Positions 34,828 to 48,446 of a DNA stretch of 60,000 bases are shown here, piece by piece. The notes beneath the pieces are model-generated. The model made no database searches. It was given only the letters and a program-made list of their open reading frames with translations, and was not told the origin of the DNA. Within the stretch, counting starts at the first letter, position 1. Every line of letters begins with the position of its first letter. Position numbers and translations under genes: made by a program. Source of the DNA: Amphiscolops sp. MND2022 (taxonomy: Eukaryota); assembly GCA_964187785.1 (NCBI GenBank), contig OZ076409.1:76758001-76818000 (forward strand), given 5' to 3'.

Positions 34828-36704
34828 CTTGATCAAGCGAAAAGGTGTATTTTGGTTGTTGGGGAAGAATTTGAATTGTCTTGAAGTATTCCAAATTCCA
34901 AAAGATATTCCAAAGACACGGTACAAATGATGAAAGAAACTGCTTTTACAATTTAGTTAGAGTGGCGATTATAGCAACTGATCACGATGAGGGTCAAAAT
35001 TGGAGTGAATATCAATGCTAAAGTTATTTTACTTCAGAAAATTGGGAGCATGACACTCCTTTTTAGAGGAATCACGCTAGCCTGGGAAACAAAAACAGAA
35101 TAGCGTCATCATTACGTCAGGGTATTTATATCACATTCAAAACTGATGAATAGGTCCAATAAAACCCTGGAAAATTGTATTAGAAACTGTCAAGCGCGTA
35201 CTCGGAAATATAATTGAAATGTGTAACGTCACAGCTCATTGTGAATGGTTATCATGCTAAAAGCGCATACTAACGAGTATACGTTACTTATCAAACCGTG
35301 GGATACCGCATAGTGGTAGTCCGTATAGTGACGAGTAATCATCAGGCATCGAACCGTAGGATGCCGCAAAGTTCAATTATAAAAAACGCATGATTGTGAT
35401 TATTCAACAAAGCTCAAAACGTATAATGACGCATAGTCATCAGCACAAATGTTCATTTAATGGTGTTGAGTTCAAGAATTGATATCGTTACGTAATCTAT
35501 TAGTCATGCAACGATCTTTTTAGGTAAATTGTCTCAAGTTTTAATGCACTTTAGCCCTCCTTTGATGCATAGAGCAAACCTGTTACAAAAAGGGTTGTTT
35601 AAGACATTTGTTTAGCATCTTTCAAAATGACAAATCAAATAAATAACCCTCAATTAAAATGTTTTTACAAGTTTTCAAGAAAGAATTGGGTGGTTAGTGT
35701 CAGTTTTAATCGCCTGGGTGAGAGCTTTTTCTGTTCTTCTTCAATCACTGCTGCACTTCGGACCCAGCACAGCTGACAGGCTGAGACACTCATACCAGTG
35801 TAGAAATTCGTGGAAATTGTATCAGGACGCTTGCATTTCCGTGAGAACGTTGACCCGAATCTCGGCGCGATTCCTATTAAGCGCAGCCAGAATTCGTATG
35901 ATCAAATAAAGTCTTGATAAGAGATTCAAGAGAAATTATATAAAAAATTTGAATCAAAAACAACAAAAACTATTGGCAACCACTGCTTGATCAGCGATTA
36001 AAGCCGAACAATCTCCTATTTTCTTTTTTGTCTTGGAGCCAGAAGTTTTACACAACGAAACATTGATGATGCTACACTTACAGGTGATGAATAAGTCAAT
36101 GAATCTTTGCGAATATATGAAAACTAAACAGAGTACGTCAGAATGGAATCAGCTATGAAACACTTACACGTTGCACACCTCTAATAGAAACATACGTTAC
36201 TATTAGGATCTATCAATGTAATACCGGACGTGAGTTTATGGCCTGCCTCAAAATTGCGAAACTTATACAACTGTGCAAAAAGGGCGATCATGGCGATCCT
36301 GGGAACAACCGATCAAAAGTCTACTGAGTTCAATCAGCAAGATTCGCGAAATAATTCTTTTGAAACAAAACTGAATTTTTGAAAGATTTTCAATTGATCT
36401 GACTAAATACATATTTCTCTCAATCTGAACTTTATATATCAGCCATGTGAACGCAACTGGGACGTCAAAATTTTATTCGCAATTAAAAAGAGTTTTTATT
36501 TTTTTGAAAAGAATGAAAAATGCAGGCTTTCTCCTAAGTTTTACAAAAAAACTGAGGACAAATATGTCAAAAATGCTTTCCTATCTGACGACTCCATGGC
36601 ATAAGCTTTATTTCACATAATATGCTATGATTATTTTGCATTGAGGTCTTTCACTGACAGAAAACAGAAGAAAAATCTAACTTTTTCGTCGTCGAGTTTG
36701 GCTG

Positions 36705-36982
36705 TGTACTGACCTACATTAATAACCAATAGTATTTAGATGTTCGTAGAATGTTCTAGAATGTACATTTATTTATTTTTGAATGACTGTAAAACTCTTC
36801 TCCTTCAGAGAGAGAAAACTAATAACCAGTATTTGGTCGACTTCCTTTTTGCTCTACTTCTACCATCTCATAGCTAGCTAGCCAGACCTCGACGCAGCCT
36901 TTCTTAGTAAGCCTTTAAGTAGCCACCTCCACCTTTCAATAAAATAAAAGGCAAACACCCAACAACTATTTATGGCAGCACA
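36705..36982 (+). repeat. 5' LTR of element B
   Basis: TGTACT...GGCAGCACA, 278 bp; about 10 substitutions plus 1 indel versus 54030-54308; AATAAA near the 3' end. Confidence 0.97.
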
Positions 36983-36985
36983 ATT

Positions 36986-36998
36986 TGGTGCGACTTGT
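36986..36998 (+). promoter_or_regulatory. Primer binding site of element B
   Basis: TGGTGCGACTTGT begins 3 nt after the LTR end. Confidence 0.85.
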
Positions 36999-37022
36999 AA
37001 AAATTTTTCTTTTCACAACTGA

Positions 37023-37343
37023 ATGCTTTCTCTTCTCTCAACAATAATACAACTACCACTCCTCATTTTTGAAATTCTTTGGGATTGCAGTGAAAATTTT
37101 CTGAATTTCCTTGAAGACTTGACCTGTGACTTTCTGAATTTCTTCAATAAATACATCATTGTTCGACAAACAATTTCTCCAATACAAACATCACTTGAAA
37201 TATACCAAATTTCTTCACCGCCGGTTTATCACGTTCTCCAACATGTTGACACGGTTCTTCTTCTTCTGCTTCTCTTGCCTTGCCGGTTTATCACGTTTTC
37301 TAACACGTTGACACGGTTCTTCTTCAGACTGAATTATCCGTAG
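37023..37343 (+). CDS. Leader ORF homologous to 1205-1339
   Basis: Shared FL(D/N)F..(R/K)Y..VR.T(V/I)SP motif; the 3' half overlaps the hairpin array. Confidence 0.45.
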   Translation: MLSLLSTIIQLPLLIFEILWDCSENFLNFLEDLTCDFLNFFNKYIIVRQTISPIQTSLEIYQISSPPVYHVLQHVDTVLLLLLLLPCRFITFSNTLTRFFFRLNYP

Positions 37344-37546
37344 TGACACAGTTCTGCTTCTCTCTTCAGACTGATTTATCCTCAGTGACACAGTTCTGCT
37401 CTCTATACCGATTTATCACAGCTATCCGGAAGCTCGTTGACACAGTGATTCCTTTCTCTTTGTCTGGTTTATCAAGAACATCTAACACCTTTGACACAGC
37501 AAATTTTGTCTGGTTTATCAAGGTTTTCTAACACCTTTGACACAAC
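37218..37546 (+). promoter_or_regulatory. Array of 7 internal-loop RNA hairpins in the 5' leader
   Basis: Unit (CCG/CTG)-RWTTA-TC(A)...(T)GA-CA-(CGG/CAG) repeated with variable apical stems. Confidence 0.7.
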
Positions 37547-38820
37547 AATCTTCTTCAATCCTGCTATCTTGAACGTCAGGTGGACTCCTGATGTATTAGT
37601 TGACTGAGTGCATGTCAGACTCCGCTCACCTATAAGCACATACGTTTCAAGATCAACTTCGTGTTGGCAGAAAACCTGAATTTTCTATTTTTACGTTTTG
37701 GATCCATTTTCTACAAAAATCTTATATAACTTAGCTTTCAGAATTAGACTCTGAAATTCAAAACAACGAACCAAGAAACTCAATCAAATCAACCAAGTTT
37801 TATCCTACTTCATTTTCCATTATGTCGTCGACAACGATACAAAAATTTTCCACATAAAAATATAAACATTTCCAACACACTCTATCGTTTTAAAAATTAT
37901 TAACAACACAATTTCAACTCTTTCCCTAATTTCAACTCATTTACACTTTACAAAACATTTATTTTAACAAAAACACACATATAAATTGAACGCTCTTCTT
38001 TTGCCCTAAAATCTAAAATAAGGCATGCAAATAAAACACACACTGTAAAGGTAGTTTTCTACTTTCAGGCACCCACAATTCCTATTCCCTCCCGTAAGAC
38101 TTAGACAATCAGACAGCTTTAATAGCTATATCTGATTCTAAGACTGACGAAAACCTTAGTTAAGTTTAAACGTCAGTAAGGAGAACCTAGAGGACACCGA
38201 ACTACGTTCGAATGTTCGAAATTTTCAAGAAATAAAAGTAAAAGTAAAAGGTACAAAGATCAAAACTTTGATCTTGATCAGTATTGATCAGACTTTGGAT
38301 AGTGGACGTTGATTGTTCAGAGTTCCGTTCCCTTAGTCTTAAAACACACAAACTCCTTAAAATTAAAACACTTGTAGCCTTTCTGGATGTGACAGTAACC
38401 TTATGTTAGACACTTTACAGTAATCCAAACTTAAAATCACAATTAGTTTCTTTTAGCAATCCTTTGAGGTTGAATACAGATTCTACTGCATCCGCTTCTT
38501 TTCTCTATCCCAAAACATACAAATAATTTAAACAACTTCAAATCCACTCTATATTATACAATAAATGAATTCAAACACACACCACCAAAAATCAGATAAT
38601 ACATTTTTTATACTCCTATAACATCTGCTTCTCTACCCTCAATTATAAACCAAATTAACTCCCTTCAAAACCCCACCACTGAAAATTTTGAAAGCATAAT
38701 CCAACAATTTCAACAATATATTTCCCACATTATAGAACAACAAAGATTTTATCCAAGATCTCCAACTTGAAATTTTTCACATCAAACTTCACTTTAAACA
38801 TTGAACCTTCACATCATAAT

Positions 38821-38934
38821 ATGTGGGAAAAAGTTACCACAGTAGTATTCATCACCACATACACATTTTGTGTTTTATTTATAGTTTGCATCCCGTTAGA
38901 AAAGATACTTACCACAATCCGAGATACCATCTAG
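38821..38934 (+). CDS. Putative 37-aa membrane peptide immediately upstream of gag
   Basis: MWEKVTTVVFITTYTFCVLFIVCIPLEKILTTIRDTI; the stop is 1 nt before the gag ATG. Confidence 0.35.
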   Translation: MWEKVTTVVFITTYTFCVLFIVCIPLEKILTTIRDTI

Positions 38935-38935
38935 A

Positions 38936-41900
38936 ATGAATCTCTCAACAGCTCCCCTTTCCCCCTTCCAAATACCTTACTTTAAAAATGCAAAGGTAGT
39001 AAAACGTGAAATAACACCATTCTTACAAAATATTATATACAATTACACACAACCACTCTCATTTGAAAATGAGTCTTTTACAATTGAAACAATTCCTCTT
39101 ATTAGAGGACACTTAGATACCAATCTTTTCTGTATTAGATATAGAAATACAACTATTCCTACAGAATACCCAACTTTTCAAATTTCCTTTCCTCAACAAG
39201 GATCCTATTCGCATCAAATATATAGAAGAACAATAAACCCAATAAACCTTCTAACTCCTATAAAAGAAGTTTTCCAAACCTTTCTAAATCACGTAAAAGA
39301 ACACAATTTAACAAATGAAACCCCAAAATTCAGTCCAAATGCACTTGAAGAACTTGATCAACATGTAGGTAACTTCGAAGTAGAAGTTATAGAAAGACTA
39401 GTTGATCCTCAAAACAATCCCCATCTTTGGTTACAAGCCGATACCTTAGGTATACAAAACTTCCTATATCATTATTTCAAAGACCTTACATTGAATAACC
39501 AAACAATACCTCAAGTTCAAGTAATCTCTTTATTCCTTCGAAAATATTTCCGATTCAACTATCAACTATTATGGTCACCACAAGTTCAACCTGCTTTCAC
39601 AGCATTTTCAACTTATTTTACACCAGATGAATGTTTACCATTGATCATAAGTGAACAAAATGACCATCCCTACTTCTTTAGACTAGATTCAATTATACAA
39701 CATAATATCGACCGTATAAACCATGATCCTCATTTGATAACGAACAATAACTTACTTGATGTTAATAGACCTTATCACTACCAACGAAACACTCCAGTTC
39801 AACAAGATCTACTTATCAACTTTGACAAAAATGATAGAGATAATGAAACAAATAATGCAGACCTACTTCAACAACAAGGAGTTAATAATGAAAATATACC
39901 TCAACAACAACATGAAAATGAAAAGTATAACGAAGACAATCAATTAAACGAAAACAATACAAGTGAGTATAATACTCAAGAATCTACAACTTCTGCACAA
40001 AATGCATCACAAGCTGGAACATCGACAAATACCCAATCTTTCAGAATTCCAACTAGAAGTGTTAGTCCAAGACAAAATACACTTCATCCTCAATCTAATT
40101 TAGACATATTTCAAAACCGAAATATTACTTTTAATTTTCCACCTCACCCAGATGAAACCACACAAAATGAAATTCAATGTACAATACAAGAAGATACTCA
40201 ACATATAAATTCTATCCGTAATACCTCTGTCAATGTTTCATCACCTACAAGAACTACTTTTATTAATCCAAGATACATGACTCGATCAAGATATGATCCT
40301 CCATCAATTCCTTCTGCTTTTCAATCAAACAGATCAATTCAATTAAACGATAATCACAATGATAATCAACCTACTTCTAGTCGTTACTATGATCCTTTTA
40401 ATTATTCCTTTTTTCCATCGTCAGATACAAATACTAATGCAAATAATAATCCAAATTTTTCTCAACCAAATCTTAACTTAAGAACACAAAACCCACTTAC
40501 AAATACACAACCATTAACTTTTTCAAGAAATGAATTTAATTCTCAAAGTCAAGCAACCTCTTATACAACTTCTTACTCACATACAACACAACCTTTTCAA
40601 AGGAGACATCAAAATCCTCCACTCACACATATACCTGCTGATCCTTTATATCAAATAAATCAAAATATAAATCATAACCCTAGTACAAATCAACTACCAA
40701 TAAATACCATGCAACCTGTAACTCTTCCACACACACAATCTGTAACTACTCCACTCCAATATATACCAGTACAACATGATACAGAATATGTCTGCCTCAA
40801 TACCAGAACCTATGAAACCTTTTGACGGTTTAGATCATTCCTATACCCCAGAGGAATACTTACAGCAAGTTGAAGCAAGATTCACCTTCGCCATAGGTGA
40901 AGAACCTCTGAATAATCCTATCAAATATAGATCTTGGCATAATAGACGCATGGCATATATACAATGTTCTTTAACTGGAACCGCCCTTGATTGGTATACA
41001 AACCTCCATATATCATATAAACAACAATGGAATTCATTTGTACAACTATTCAAGAAACAATTTTCATCTCAAAAAACAGCTTACGACGTACAAGTAGAAG
41101 CTATGTCACTCATGAAAAAAGACAACGAAACAGTACGTCACTTTGCACTTAGAGTACAACAACTAGTTAATAAGGGATGGTGCAATGAAAATGCAGCCAC
41201 CATAAACCTCAAAAACATAGAAAATTTTCAAAAAAGGACTACCTAAAAAAACTAAAAGACTTTGCTCACAAAAGACAAGTTAAACATGTATCAACGCTAC
41301 TTGAACCATCAATACATTTCCATACACTTGTTCGACATGTTGATTCCGAAGACATCGCTAATGAAAAAATACCAACAAATGATTTAGCTTTAGAAATGAC
41401 CACTTGAAGTATCACTTGAAGATGAAACAAATACCAAAGTATTAGAACACGAAGAACATATAATGGTTACCCAATCGGGAGACCCAATTAACAAAAGCAA
41501 ACCAGCTTATAAAAAATATTGTTCATACTGTCATAAAAACAATCAAACAATCATAGTATTTCAAATTGTTATCAAAAACAACGTGATGATGAATACCAAA
41601 GATATCAAAACCAAAGATCAAGAATTCCTCAACTATCTTTTGTACAATACTTTCGTAATAAACCCAATACTTCACAAGAAACTCGAAATGAAAACACAAA
41701 TACTTACTCTTCTAATGACAATGATCGTAGTAAATATAACCAAAATTGTTACAATGATAAATACAGAAATAACGATAGATATCGCAGTAACAGTAGAGAT
41801 TATTCCCAAAATAGTCATAGATCTAACTCTCGACAGAGATATTACAATAGCTCTCGAAGTCCATATAGATCTCGATACGAAAATTATTACAAACGAAGAA

Positions 41901-44900
41901 CTCCATCTCGATCTCCATATAGATCTCCATACAGAAATAACTCTAATTAGAGATACAATTCACGATCCCGATACAAATCTCGTTCTCAACCACAAGGAAT
42001 TTCCTTTAAACGATACACTTTACCATATAGATCTCCATCTAGACCAAGCGATTTCAGATCACGATCTAGAACACCTTCACAAAACAGACAACAAAATAGA
42101 ATAAACCAAGTAGATGTTAAACCTAAAAATGACAAAGATAGTACCAAATTTGAAATCCATACATGTCAAATAACTGAAATTGCAAACACAATTACTCCTT
42201 ATAGATGGTTTTACCCACTATATGTTCATACCTCTGAAACGAAAGACAACTTATTACCTTCAAAATTAGAAATTCTATTTCTTCTAGACACTGGAGCCTC
42301 CATATCTGTTTTGAACTTACCGACATTCCATGTAATTTCTAAACAACTAAACCTCAATGTTCCAACGAATATCGAAAATAAAAGAGCTAAAACTCTTACA
42401 GTTGCAAATCAAACTCAAGTACCAATAATACATTATTTTTCAATGACATGTTTCACTGAAACAAACCATCAAAATCGATCGTTTAATATTGACTTTGCCG
42501 TTGCAAACATTAAATACAACATTCTTGAACACCTTTCTTCAAAAGGCATATTCAAAATATCGATTTTCAACAAAATATTATGACTTATAAAGAACAACAT
42601 TCAAAACATCCTACAAAAACACACTTCTCCACATTTACAGAAAAGGACTATCCATATGTTTCATACAATTATACTATTAAATGTAAAGAACCAATTCACT
42701 TTAAACCAAGATCAGGCAAAACCATACATTTCCCAATCAAAAATTATTTGAACTTACATTTTTAACTGGAAGATAATACAAAATTCTACCCATCAACTCC
42801 ATACACATATTTCTTGCAAAAATATAAAGATATTTTTCATTTTCTAGACATGATAGTTAATGACAAAAACAAAGACTCATGTGCAACAATAATTCAAATT
42901 TTTACATCTCACCCAGCTACATTACCACGAGGAATAATTGGTTACATAGAAAATCCTATACCTCAAACAACTCCTCCTCACTATAGAGTGCACGATGTAA
43001 ACTCTCTCATTCATTTTGTAATACATGCTTATCATCCTGATACCACTATTCCAATTAAACAAAATGAATATACCGATATGAATTTATGTACTCGAGTATT
43101 CCCAAATCATTATTAGAAATCAACAAAATAGAAATAATTGATAAAACACTTCAATTACCAAAACCTTCTGTTACTGGAAATCTTCGACCTTCCGATAAAA
43201 TAAGAAAAAACGTTTCCTCCATTACCATATTCTACAGAAAACCAGCAATTTATAAAGAAATTCAACTTTGAATACTCAGATTTAACTGATACTGAATATC
43301 TAAACCTCTGCAATATCCTCATTAACAATCAAAATTGTTACGCAAAGCACAAAAACGACGTAGCACAAAAATTTCTACTCCCTTCAGAATTAGAAATAAA
43401 GAAAACTGTATACTTCAAACACAAAGACCTTCTAAAGTACCAACACATTACAGAGATCGACTCAATAAACTCTTATTAGAACTCGAAAAATATAATATAA
43501 TAAAACAAATTGGTTCCACACCAGATGAAATATATACAATTGGAACAACATTCCTAAATCCTTTAATCATTATTCCCAAAGGAGACGCGATAAAAGTCGT
43601 CCTAGATGCTAGACATCTTGACTCAAATACAAACCAAGAACTTGAATCTTGGCCTATTGAACCTCTAGCTCCTCAATTAGCTAGAGCTAACAAAAAATAC
43701 AAATCAACCATTGACCTAATGTACGCATATTGATGATATACTACTATTAGCAGACGAAAAGCAAGAAATGTTTGAACTTATCAAAGAACTTCATATAATA
43801 GCAACCAGAGAAAACCCCAAACTTGCACCTGAAAAATCACTTTACATGTTACTCAAAGTAAAATTCCTTGGACATGAAGTAGGGAGTAACACAATAAAAC
43901 CAATTCCATCAAAAATTGAAGCCATCAAAAAAATTCCCTCACCAAAAGAAAAGAAAGACGTTATGCAATTTTTAGGCAGTGTTAACTTTTTTTCAAAATT
44001 CATGGAAAAACTTCATATAAACCTTAAACCACTGTGTACCTTATTACATGAAGATATTAAATTTCAATGGACACCCGAACTAGAAAAAATATTTCAAGAC
44101 GTCAAAAACGCAATGAAAGCAGATACTGAATTAACAATACCTAATCAAAACATCCATTTTTAATAACAGTAGACGCTTCAATAGTTGGTTTAGGCGCAGT
44201 CTTTTTCCAAATGAATGAAACAAACAAAACGAAAGTTATTTTTTACAATTCAAGAGTTCCTAATACACAAGAACAAAAACTTTCAACTTTAGACAGAGAA
44301 CTCCTCGCAGTAGTCTAAGCATTACAAATATACGAATTTCTCATAATTGGATCTCCTCATCCAATATACATCTTTACAGATCACAAACCGCTACTACATT
44401 GTTTCGCAAAAAAAGGAAACCTTAGTCCTAGATTTTATAGAGCACAAATGCAATTAACAAAATTTTCCAAACTGAAAATTATCCATACTCCTGGAAAAAA
44501 TATAACTGTAGCAGATATGCTTTCAAGAACTTTTACAAAAGAACAACTTCAAGTACATCAATTACGACACAAACAATTACCACCCCAAATAGACTTCTCG
44601 ATAATGAAGGATAACCAACTTGAACCAGTACAATATTTAGTGAAACACGAAGAAACCGAATGTAATCAGAAAAATGATTGCCATAAAATTCTTGCTGATT
44701 ATGGAGACGATCAATTCTCCTGAGGTATAAACAACAAAGGAGAAGACATTCATATAAAACACTTTGACTCATTCTCTTTTCAATCGATTGTTTCCTTTGA
44801 ATCCAGATATAAAAGACCTACAAAGAATCAAACAAAATCACTCTTACAACAATCAACTATTCTTAATGACACTGATATTCTTAGTGATGACGATGAACCA

Positions 44901-46860
44901 ACATAACCACAAGATGTTAAGAATCAAAATTCAAACGTTGGCAATACAATATCCCACTTAATCTGATTACTGTAATCAACAAGTTCCATTTTTTGATCCC
45001 TCCTTCTTCAAATATAAAAGATACTCTCATTACTTTTTCTTACCAGAAAACACACAAATGACAATTGAAACAATAAAAACTTAACAAAAACAAGACCCTG
45101 TTTTACAAAAAGTTTTTCATTGGTTAACGACTAATGACAAACCCTTACAAACAGACCCAATAATAGCAAGTATTTCTTTCCTTTTAGTATACTACAAATT
45201 CTTCAACCAATTATATAATAATCATGAAACAAAAATCATTCATATAGATTACCCTAATCTTCATGATTCAAATCCAAGCCAAAGAGACAAAACATGCTTT
45301 CCATTTAAACTATTTCATGCAGCTTTCAACCAACTTCACGCACATGGACATTCAAGAATTAAAATATCCATCAAAGCTTTTAACCAATTTTCTTTCATAC
45401 CATATTTAAACAAATGGATGTCGATATTTATCCATGATTGCATTGAATGTCAACAGAACAAACACATTAATCAAAAAATTCAAACTGCACAATACAAACA
45501 TTTTCTGAAAAAGCCTCATATTTTAACTATCGAATATCAATGGACACAAAAGGACCTATAAACCCACCATCAAATCAAAACTCCTACATCCTTGTTATAG
45601 TAGACGCCTTCAGTCACTTTGTAGTAACAGTACCCATAAAACAAAATATTGCGCAAAACGCTGTTAACTCTTTACTACACCATTGGATTACCAACTTTGG
45701 ACCCCCTGTATACATAGTAACAGACCGTGGTTCAGGGTACATTATTTCTAAATTTGCAAATCTTTGTACTACAATGGGAATTAGACATTCACCCAGAACT
45801 CCTTACGCACCATGGACAAATGGTTTAGTAGAAAATCAAAACAGAAACCTTGGAACTCATTTCAGACTTTGCTTACACAATACCCCAGAAAATTGGTCTA
45901 CTCAAGTCCATATGTACGCTTATGCACATAATTCACAACCACTTTCCGAATTAAATCTTTCACCTTATGAAATAGTATTTCATACTATACCAAGAATTCC
46001 AATCAATTTTGAACTCAATCTTCAAAGAGATACATATAGAAATTGTACATCTCAATATTGTAAGAATTACCACTTCGTACACATTATGACAAATCCAATT
46101 TAAACCCTTTCTTCCATAAAATTTTATCAAAACCAATTTTACAATGGATTTTAGCTACTGAAACTGCTATGATGCAAATATACCATACAGTTTATGAAAA
46201 CACAAAAAGAAAAAACAATTTATTTGCTTATTTTAACAAGACCTACCATAATCCAAGATCCTTAGACATTGGTACTTTCGTACTAAAGAGAAATTTTCTT
46301 CATGTTCACTTTTCAGACAAATTGAAACCTCTCAGAATTGGACCATTCAAAATTATAAATAAAATTTCTGATATAACATATGAAATTGTTAATCAAGATG
46401 GTTACACGTCTCATATTCATAGAAATCATTTAGTTCCTTATTATCCAAAAGAACCAATCAATTTTCCTTTTTTACAACAATAAAATCCTCATTCAATTAA
46501 CGACAATTATAATGACTCGGATCTAAATGACCCACTACAATCTTTTGACTTCTTATCCGACGAAGAACAATCAATTTACGACGACCAGTTCACACATTCA
46601 AATTCTAATAAGAAAACGGATACACCATCCACAATTGATTTCCAATCAGAACCTTTTAGTCAATATTCTTCATTTCCGTACCAACAAAATACACCAAAAA
46701 CCAATAACACTAAATCAGAAAATCAAACTGATTTTCACGATTACGATAATTTTATTAATCCCCGAAGACACTCCTACAATAAATATAATTTCCCCCCACA
46801 ACCACGAAAAGACTATCGACTTTTCCTCAATGAAAAGGATATAATTTCACTTTCTCAAAA
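38936..46860 (+). pseudogene. gag-pol: gag-pol of element B, many frameshifts and stops, deletion in the RT core
   Basis: Fragments homologous to element A throughout (PFDGLDHSYTPEEYL, CSYCH, LLDTGAS, VLDARHL, MDTKGP, VTDRG, KLKPLRIGPF). Confidence 0.95.
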
Positions 46861-47084
46861 ATCCTGCTGAAAGAAAGAATGTTTTGATTTCGAAACCGAA
46901 TGTTGAAAGAAAGAAAGTTTTGAAACTGAACGTGAAAGTGAATAAAGAAACAGTACAAAACAAAACAAAATCTGAAATAAATAATACAAGATAAACACAT
47001 TTCAAAATTGACCGAAATAAACACTCCTCTTCATCTAGCTCAACATATTCACTCCAAACATTATCTTAATACACAACATTTTTA

Positions 47085-48444
47085 AACTCAGATACTGACA
47101 TACTGGATTCCTCGTCCTCAAACCCCAGCCCATCTGCTCCATATTCTCCTGATAGAGCACCAGCTACACCCACTAATACACCTATACTTCAAACTCAAAC
47201 TTCAGTAATAACAACTCAACCACAAGCAATTCCACAAAAGTTGTTATTCTTAGACACAGGTTCACCAACCAGTGACTCGTGTGATGAATCAAATACAACA
47301 CAAAATACTGTACAAGATACCTCAAGTATCCTAATTAGACCCCCTCTTCCTCCAATTCCTACCACCTGTACTGTTCATATCCCTGATCCAAGTTCTGTTC
47401 TTCAATTTATTACTCCTTGTCCACATAAAATACCAACAGCAACCAAAACACAAAGAAAAACTCCTTTGCCTACACTACCAAAAAATCTTACTTTTCCATC
47501 AACAAGTCAAACTCTAATAACTACTATACCAAAACATACAATTAAATCACCAATAAAGAAATTACCAGAACTCCCAATTAACTCACCATCAGAACTGAGT
47601 TCATTCACATTTTCTCAATTATATCCAAGATTAGAACTACAACGTGTACAATCAACAACTACTTCTTCTTTACCAGACTTATATTACAAAGATAAAGACT
47701 CTGATTCAACTGCTAGTACTAGAGTACCACAACATAGTTACAATCTAAGATCTCAATCTAGACGAAATTCTCAAGAATTACAATCTTTAACTAGTTCTAG
47801 TACTAACTCTAGACTAGTTAGACAACAAGCACAACCACGATTAGATACTCCTTCTCTTTCCTCATCTCACCCTACAATACCATTGTCTTTATCAATACCA
47901 TTTCAAGTAACATCAGGATTTGAAACAGCATCTCTTCTTTCTGAAGATCCACAAACTATATCAGATAGTGAAGCTAACTTTTCACAAGTTTATTCACCTA
48001 GTTCAAAACAATCTAACTCATCTGTACAGTTACCTGAATATTTCTTGGAAGATTATTCAAGACCTCCTACACAAAAATCCACACGAATACCCTATCCGTG
48101 TTAACTCAAGAATTTTTCGTAGTTTTAACGAACACCCTCGATATACTGTACTACCCATTAGATTTATAAACAATAGCGCTCTTTCAAATCCAAGAAAACA
48201 AAGAGAATTACAAAGGTTACAAGAAGACCAATTAATATTAAAATTTGAAGTTGAAGTTACTTTCATCTCATTTAGACCTCATCCAATTTCTCTTTCAACA
48301 AGGGTAGCACATAAAACAACTACCTCACCATTTTTAGTCACATCTATATCCTATCTTTGTGACCCAGATTTACCAGAAATTAGATCAGGGCATATAAATT
48401 TCTCTAATCCTTATTCAGGACTTAATTATAGAACAATATTTTAA
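47085..48444 (+). pseudogene. ORF-X of element B
   Basis: PSAP (47130-47141), LYPRL (47619-47633), SYNLR, TSGFETAS and the conserved C-terminal domain; frameshift near 48080. Confidence 0.75.
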
Positions 48445-48446
48445 CG

